From the NCBI GenBank assembly GCA_951406725.2, contig OX597825.1, positions 17,298,001 to 17,362,000 of the forward strand: DNA of 64,000 nt. The letters are read 5' to 3'. Position 1 is the stretch's first letter. The number at the start of each line of letters is the position of its first letter. The translations under genes and the position numbers were made by a program. A model generated the notes under the pieces. The model saw only the letters and a program-made list of their open reading frames with translations. It did no database searches and had not been told where the DNA came from. Source of the stretch: Octopus vulgaris. Its lineage: Eukaryota. This document shows positions 56,015 through 64,000 of the stretch, one piece after another.

Positions 56015-58190
56015 CTATGTGTGTATGTATATAATACATAGGGCCTAAAAGTGCAGGATAAGAATTTTGCGAATTCTGATATTTACACTTTAATTCTATT
56101 ATATTTTGGGGCATTAGAGGCTATGGAATCCTTCGATAGTTAATCGAGACTCGTATCGGTTCGTTCCTACATTAAATTTTCTTGTCAATTACCACTCACC
56201 TCTGCATTATTTTACTAGCTGGAAATTGATATAGTCTTGCACAATATGTCGATATCCTTTACCTGTAAATATTTTGAAGTGGCCTGTGAACAATAAAGAT
56301 GAAATAGAATATGGGAAATGTCTTCCTTTTATTCAGTGAAGAATCTGGAATGGTATGTGGGATTAAAGCGTGAACTGTCATAGTAAGAAACAGTTTAAAA
56401 TGATGGACTAGAACTGCCAGTCGAGAATGCAATAAAATCGTGTGCAGTATTATTAATGAATATTTAGGGATTTAAAGCTTTGATACAATCACAGATATAG
56501 CTTGAACGAACTATTTCGAAAATATATTTTTACGGATATGAGATTATTGTCGTATTCTTATTTGCGAAAATGAATCGATTCAATTCTCATCTGAGATATA
56601 ATGGCATGTTTCAAACTTAGAATAAAGAACTCGTTAGTTTAGACAGATAAATCAGAAATTTAATAGCCATCTATACAGAGAAAATGATTCCAAAGTGATA
56701 TCACTTATATGTATATATACAGAATGAATAGAGATCATGTAGGAATATAGGGAATAGTGCATTAACGTTTATAAGGAATCACATTAAACTATGCTTCTCT
56801 GAATAAGTATATTTCTATGCCGCAGCATTGGAATTTATAATACAGTCTCAGAGAAAATAAACTGAAATGATTGCCCTTATTATTTCTCTGTTAGGTCTAA
56901 ATCTTCACACTAGCTACAAAAGCGCGAATGAAGTTAAGAATTAAATATCCTTTCACTTAGCATTATCTGTATATATAGATTTACACCGTGGTTTATGTAT
57001 AATGGAAATTACTTTCTAAACGCTATTTTTGTTCCAAAGTTGGAAATTTTCGACGAAAGCTCTTGGAGAGAAAAATAATAATTTTCGGCGAGAATGTATT
57101 CCATTTAGCTACTTCACCAGCTTATTTATTATACTTTACTTGTCAAAGGAAAATGGAATAATCGGTTAAAGGCAATGGTGGATTAAATTAATATGGTAAT
57201 ATATGTATGTTTTGGCTGTGTAGAAGATTGGTACTTGTCTCCCTTGAACTAGAAATCGTTATCAACTACTCTCTGACACAGGTAAGACAAATATTATATT
57301 TAGTTCTTACGATTTTATAATTACGAATTTTGAATGATTATCATCTGCGTGTTATACATCATACATTTTGGCATAAATAAACTAATAAAAAAAATAACCT
57401 ATCCTATTTATTAGAGTATCAATAAATTTGTCTCGGAATCCACTGTTTCCTTCTACAATGCTTGAAGGAAAATTAAATAAGGATACTTTTCCCAATTTAA
57501 TTGCATAAATTTGTAACCTGGAGTACATCAGGTTTTCAAATAGTTTTCAGTATTCCTTACTGAAGCGCCTTATTTCTCATGTTATTATTCAACTACAATA
57601 TTTAAGCAACATTCTGTACATTCATAATCAATAATCTATGAATATAAAGCAAATCTCATTGACATTTCAAGAAAAAATTCGCAAAGGTACTCACAGCTCT
57701 TAAAAGCACAATCCTCACACCGTTTGAAATTGATTTTGTTCGACCTTGCATTATTAGATATGATGAAACCAAAACTTTAGTTATACATCATTGATTTTCA
57801 CACAGATATAGATAACTTCAGAAAGTAATGAAGTATCTACACTTGAGAATTAAAACTATAATATTTTAGGAAGCTTATACTTAGGAAGATTCTACTACAG
57901 TGTGTTCACATTAACAGTTTAACGTTTTACTTTTAAATGTATATTATATATTTCATAACATCAACATTTCTATTGAAACAAAATATATTTGCCATCTTCC
58001 TGTAGTCTAAAATGCAAGAAAATGCTCCCTATAAGAAAATACTTCACCAAATAATGTTGTTTATGCAGCTAAAATACTAAGTAATTTAAATATTTTCAAA
58101 AACTAGTGAATTCAGCTATTGCCTTAAGGAGTGCAATTAAAACATCGCACCAAAAATTGATTTGATTTTTAGATGTGTAATATATTTCTG

Positions 58191-58278
<88 letters not shown>

Positions 58279-59516
58279 CAGATGAATATGTACTTAAGTT
58301 GACGCAACAGAATTTAGTACTGTATTATCCATACAATTTCAAAGTAAGGTGATTGAAATCAAAATAAGCAAGAAGCATATCCAGAGGTAATGCCCTACGA
58401 TCGTTTCATGCAACTCCATGTGTTTGTGTGGGTGGGTGGGATATATGTTTTCAAAATTAGACTGGATCTTTTACTGTCAATTGTCACAGATGACCCAACT
58501 TCACAACAGGAAATAGAAATGCTAACTATTAAAGGTGTATGAATGAAAGTGTAACAACACTATTTAACGATGCTCCAGCGTGACCACACCCTTTGACCTG
58601 AAGCGAATATATATGTATACAACACGCACACATACATACAAACCACATACCACACATAATACATACATACTCACATGCAAACACACGCGCGCACATAGAC
58701 ATTCACTCACATATACATACATGTATTTATAATCTGTGTACGCCACCAAAACTGTGGCTTCAAATTGAAAGTAATACTGTCGATGAGACGGTGTTATACA
58801 TCATTGATGAACGTGTAATATGTTTTACAAATTTAATAGCAGATATTTCTAATATGTTTGTAAGTTGTATTCACATCTTCCGATTTATCTGTTATTTAAA
58901 TAAGAAATTCATCCTTTCTTAAATATGTGTGTTCTTCTAGCAATGCTTATCAGATGCTCCATATTGAGTCTAAATTAACACAAACTATGTTATAGTAACC
59001 TGGTTTTTACAAGGTGTGAATGATGAAGACACACATATACTGGTGCAGGAAACAATCTAGCAAATGATTTATAAGTTATATTTAGTTTGAAGATGTGTTG
59101 CCGCTAGAGATAACACACAAATCCTCGGTTTTTTCTCGAAACATTTGACCTTTAAGAATGAATCAATATATTTAGGCAGTTGGCAATCTTCTTCGCCCAA
59201 CGGATACAAGCATTATTCTTGTATTGTATTATCGAGGACATTAGAAACGATTCTCCGTGTTGCAGCCGGTAGGCTCCAATTCGAGTTGGTTGAAAATATT
59301 GTACAGTTTATGGCAGTTTGTTCAACAGATTCCGACAATAAACACTAAACGCTTTACTGTAGTGGTTTTACAAGAATGTAGAATTTGGCATAATAGTATA
59401 GACATTTCCTTTCTTGGAGTTACTTGGTATTTTGTAAAGGTGGTGCGTAATGTCGTTTCTCACTAATACACACACACATACACATAAAACAAGAACATGG
59501 TATATTTGATAAGCAC

Positions 59517-59581
<65 letters not shown>

Positions 59582-59582
59582 G

Positions 59583-59626
<44 letters not shown>

Positions 59627-59660
59627 TACATATATATATATATATATATATATACATATG

Positions 59661-59708
<48 letters not shown>

Positions 59709-59749
59709 GTATATATATATGTATATATATATACCTACATCAATACATT

Positions 59750-59798
<49 letters not shown>

Positions 59799-60084
59799 CA
59801 ACAATTGAGGGTAAAATTAATTAATTAATTATTAATCAATTTCACCAAGTGTTCAGTATGTAAAGGGACCATTTAAGGCGAATTCAAATTATTACATTAT
59901 ATAAAAGGGCTTAGTAAAATAAATTACTTTGCCACATACTGAACTCATTAGAAATAGCAGCTAAAAAAACTTTTTAAAACTATTTCTAATACTTAAAGAA
60001 AATCTCTCTCATATAGTGCTTGCTCAATTCAACTCACGAAAGTATTGGGGTAAAGACATTAAAAAATCAAATGCAAAGGTTATT

Positions 60085-60137
60085 TGAGAACGTACGTTTC
60101 AAGATTAGTCAAACTCGACATTTCTATCATCAGCTCA
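60085..60137 (-). ncRNA. Type I hammerhead ribozyme motif (inverted copy)
   Basis: Exact reverse complement of 60331-60383. Confidence 0.7.
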
Positions 60138-60330
60138 GAACTCCTTGGTTTGGATTTGAAAACACTGAAAGTGGGAGCATACCCTTTCGGCTTCCTATCG
60201 CTTCTGAAGATCTGCTCGAAACTAACAGTGCAAGCATACCCAAAAAATGCAAGCAGATCTTCAGAAGCGATAGGAAGCCGAAAGGGTATGCTCCCACTTT
60301 CAGTGTTTTCAAATCCAAACCAAGGAGTTC

Positions 60331-60383
60331 TGAGCTGATGATAGAAATGTCGAGTTTGACTAATCTTGAAACGTACGTTCTCA
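60331..60383 (+). ncRNA. Type I hammerhead ribozyme motif
   Basis: TGAG-CTGATGA-TAGAAATGTCGAGTTTGACTAATCTT-GAA-AC-GTAC-GT-T-CTCA: canonical CUGAUGA/GAAA core, helix I TGAG/CTCA, helix II AGA..GTC/GAC..TCT, palindromic ACGTACGT helix III. Predicted cut after U60379. Confidence 0.72.
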
Positions 60384-60893
60384 AATAACCTTTGCATTTG
60401 ATTTTTTAATGTCTTTACCCCAATACTTTCGTGAGTTGAATTGAGCAAGCACTATATGAGAGAGATTTTCTTTAAGTATTAGAAATAGTTTAAAAAAGTT
60501 TTTTTAGCTGCTATTTCTAATGAGTTCAGTATGTGGCAAAGTAATTTATTTTACTAAGCCCTTTTATATAATGTAATAATTTGAATTCGCCTTAAATGGT
60601 CCCTTTACATACTGAACACTTGGTGAAATTGATTAATAATTAATTAATTAATTTTACCCTCAATTGTTGAAATTATAATTCATCTCTCTCTATTTAATGT
60701 TTCGGATTTACCGAAAAAGCTTAGCGTTTGCTGATTTTAACCCACGCTGGTGGAAAGGGGAGAGCAGAAATTCTTCGCTTGCATTTTTTGGGTATGCTTG
60801 CACTGTTAGTTTCGAGCAGATCTTCAGAAGCGATAGGAAGCCGAAAGGGTATGCTCCCACTTTCAGTGTTTTCAAATCCAAACCAAGGAGTTC

Positions 60894-60946
60894 TGAGCTG
60901 ATGATAGAAATGTCGAGTTTGACTAATCTTGAAACGTACGTTCTCA
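60894..60946 (+). ncRNA. Type I hammerhead ribozyme motif (second tandem copy)
   Basis: Identical to 60331-60383. Predicted cut after U60942. Confidence 0.72.
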
Positions 60947-61329
60947 AATAACCTTTGCATTTGATTTTTTAATGTCTTTACCCCAATACTTTCGTGAGTT
61001 GAATTGAGCAAGCACTATATGAGAGAGATTTTCTTTAAGTATTAGAAATAGTTTTAAAAAAGTTTTTTTAGCTGCTATTTCTAATGAGTTCAGTATGTGG
61101 CAAAGTAATTTATTTTACTAAGCCCTTTTATATAATATATATATATATATATAAATAGGTAACCTGGTTATAAACATGTATATTTTACGTAAATGAATAT
61201 AATCACAAAGCCCGTTAGATGCAGTGTTCTGTTTTGCTTTGAATTAATACATGATATTTTCTATATAATGCTTCTAGTGAAGCTTTTGTATATACAGGTG
61301 TTTCAGACTTGTAAAACCTTATGTATGCA

Positions 61330-62188
61330 TAGAGGGATGGGGGACCCAAAAGAAACCAGAATTTTGCAATATTATATTATTCACTCAGTTTTACATGTTT
61401 ACACTCTTATCGACTTCAAAGTATTTTCCATTTGAAGCAATGCATCAGTACCAGACGTGTTTTCCTCTGTTCGAAGCAGTCCTTGAACTCTTGCGAAGTG
61501 ATGCTTTTTAACGGTCTGACGTTATTTTCGTTCTCTTTTCCAAATCTGCAAAAAGTTCTCCTTTAATGACATTTTTCAATCGAAGGAACAAAAGTAAAAG
61601 TGGCAGGAAGCAAGATCAGGTGAAGTGGGGATGTGGATAAGCAGGGTCATGCTATTTTTGTTTTCAAAAACTTTCTCACACTTCCCTACGTGAGCGAGGT
61701 ACGAATTTTGCTGTAACTCTGTTCATTCGCAATTCCACGTTCAAAAATCTTTGACAGGAACTCCAGGACACGCCAGTCATATCAACAAGTTTTCATCAAA
61801 CGCCCTGTTCGAGGTTGGACATCAAGCACCAAGTAACTATTCCTAAATATGTGAAAACCAGATGTAAACGTGTGTTTGCTCGTCGAACGACACTTGTAAG
61901 TTGGCGGTTTGAAACATGACAACTGTTTCAGCTGCAGTTTTCTCCAGCAGAAAGTAGAACTGCACGCAAGATCGCTGTTCCTTCGTTTCAGCAATCGCAA
62001 ACAATCAACGAACAGGAAAGAAGCACTGCAAAGTAAAGACGCACCACGTTGCAGTGTGACCCTACCGGATGCTCAAAGTCGGCAGACAGACGACCGAGGG
62101 TTGCATGGAGTGTCTTCTAGCAGTGGAAGCCTGAACTACGACGGGTTACTCCACAGAGAACGTTTGGGTTACTTTTGACTACCTATAT
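61330..62188 (-). mobile_element. Internally deleted mariner element relic
   Basis: Minus strand KNSMTLLIHIPTSPDLASCHFY (YSPDLAP.DF motif) at ~61600-61660. Degenerate terminal inverted similarity CCAAAAGAAACC / GGTTACTTTTGA. Boundaries are approximate. Confidence 0.6.
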
Positions 62189-63317
62189 GTGTGTCAGTTT
62201 ATATATATATATATATATGCATACATGTACATGCGTACATATACATGTATATATGCAAGCATGTATGGATACAGGGCGTCAAATTGAGAAATTAGACAGG
62301 CAGCATAAAGGGCATTCCCTTCGTCAGTTGTCCCCTAGTGTGTGTGTGTGTTTTGCGTGTGTATATATACTATTGTGTTTGTATATATACTAGCTAATAG
62401 CTAATACATATGCCATGTTCCATATGATATACTCTGCAACTGCAACATTTGGTGTGATATCTATGTAAATGTGTCTACATTGAATATATCTGATATCATT
62501 GTATATATTCTTCGTGCAAAATTCGGTTATGTGTGTTTCGTCTACGTCATACTTTATGGTCGAATTTTATTGATGTAATATATTCAAACGAGAGAAATGC
62601 TTGGGCATAAACATAAAAAAATAATACTAAGAATATGTTAATACAATAAAAATGTGAAACAAACGCACACCATACATTGTACAATAAACAATGCCTATAA
62701 ATAGACGTAATTCTAAAAACTAGATAATACGGCTATTCTTTGAAGAATTGAGATTTGAAATAACTTTTTTACATTGATCTGCTTGTGATAAAAGAAAAAT
62801 AACGAGTTATTCAAATTCTATGCTGTATACCATAGCACAAATTCATGGTTATCTGAGGTTACTTCGTAATCAATTTGCATGCAAAATACATTCTAGCAGA
62901 AAGCTAACTGTTAATTTATTCTGAGTCACTTCTTACACCATCATGTTCATGATCAATACATACTTAACTAAAGTGGTAAGTTAACCTAGTGAACATGTTC
63001 TGGTGGAATTGAAATGTACTAAATATGCCAGACATGCTTTCTTTCTAAGAATGCTTGCACCATAGAAATAATATTGCCTCATACGAAGGATCAATCTTCC
63101 AGGCTACATAAACGTCCAGTTAGATCATATAATATAGAGGGGTACAGACCTGGCATGGTCAAAACTGTAATGGTACTTCGGCTTTTCTTCTCAGAGATGA
63201 TATAATTCTGCCTCCTCACCTTCTAGCCTCATCCTTTCCAGTCACCTTATTTTCTTCTTTCTCCATCATCCTTTCCTTCTTTTTCCTTCTTATACTTTTT
63301 CACCTACCAATTCTTAT

Positions 63318-63520
63318 CTCTTTATTGCCCATAAGTGGCTAAACATAGAGGGGACAAACAAGGACAGACAAAGGGATTAAATCGATCAAATCGACCCCAG
63401 TGCGTAACTGGTACTTAATTTATCGACCCCGAAAGGATGAAAGGCAAAGTCCACCACGGCGAAATTTCAGAACGTAACGGGAGACGAAATACTGCTAAGC
63501 ATTTCCCCGGCGTGCTAACT
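63318..63520 (-). mobile_element. SINE family B
   Basis: CTTTATTGCCCA...TTTATCGACCCCGAAAGGATGAAAGGC...GGCGTGCTAAC. Confidence 0.87.
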
Positions 63521-63689
63521 AAATTTTTTCGATAAAGTTTTCAGAAACAACCCGATAATTTTACCGTTAATTCCAAGAAATATTCATGGGTCCTTCTTAT
63601 ATGAACAAAATGAGCTTTAAAATTGGCAGAATAATTCAAACACTAAAGGGTTAAAAGTTGAATAGTTGGTTAAAAGATGGATGAGATTC

Positions 63690-64000
63690 ATATTCATGGT
63701 TTACCTGTATGCGCTCAGCCAGTTTTCTATTTTGATTGGCATCTCAGCCAGGATGAGGGTTATCTCCCATCACGTTATCTCCGTGACAGAATATCAAATT
63801 CTACATTACCTCAACTAACACCTAAACCGCAGCGGAAGAATAGGTACACATATGGTGGACTCTTCTGCTAGAGACAAGAGATGAAGGTACAGCAACTTCT
63901 TGGTGAACAACCCGTGATCAATGCTTTAAAAAAGGCCCATTTTCAATCCGTTTATAAAGCAAATCGCAGATGGAAATGCGATCCAAAAGGATCCCATATG
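63690..64000 (-). pseudogene. Possible L1/Tx1-clade RT relic
   Basis: Frameshifted FINGLKM...SRRVHHMC..PL.F..VLVEVM*NLI...LSAY follows the order of FI.WIK...RGVRQGCPLSPLLF.LV.EVL...AYADD. Runs off the window edge. Confidence 0.4.

Larger units (their letters stand above)
59795..61135. mobile_element. Hammerhead-bearing element, family F: inverted copy plus ~1.6 tandem copies of a 563-bp unit, inserted in (TA)n
   Basis: 59795-60216 is the reverse complement of 60252-60673. 60252-60572 is repeated at 60815-61135 (period 563). Both outer ends run into (TA)n. Confidence 0.85.

Noticed and set aside
60020-61011. Identical 79-122 aa ORFs on both strands
   Set aside because: A consequence of the palindrome and tandem copy. 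They show no recognisable RT, GIY-YIG or other domain.

Overview
AT-rich, repeat-dominated animal genomic DNA. The SINE families and the density of (TA)n/(CA)n/(TATC)n tracts suggest an octopus or other coleoid cephalopod (inference). I can support no intact protein-coding gene: almost all listed ORFs are microsatellite or SINE read-throughs. The window holds over 25 copies of three main tRNA-derived SINE families plus a V-SINE-like copy, two clean non-autonomous Helitrons, Tc1/mariner relics and LINE relics. The most interesting signal is a set of at least three short non-coding element families that carry type I hammerhead ribozyme (HHR) motifs and whose ribozyme-strand 3' ends always abut (TA)n tracts. 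The best case is 59795-61135: a 563-nt HHR-to-HHR tandem monomer fused at a 3-bp microhomology to an inverted copy, giving a near-perfect 422-bp palindrome. This fits a young Penelope-like or retrozyme-type insertion, possibly copied from a circular or multimeric RNA. Ribozyme activity, family names and percent identities were judged by eye and need computational and experimental confirmation.
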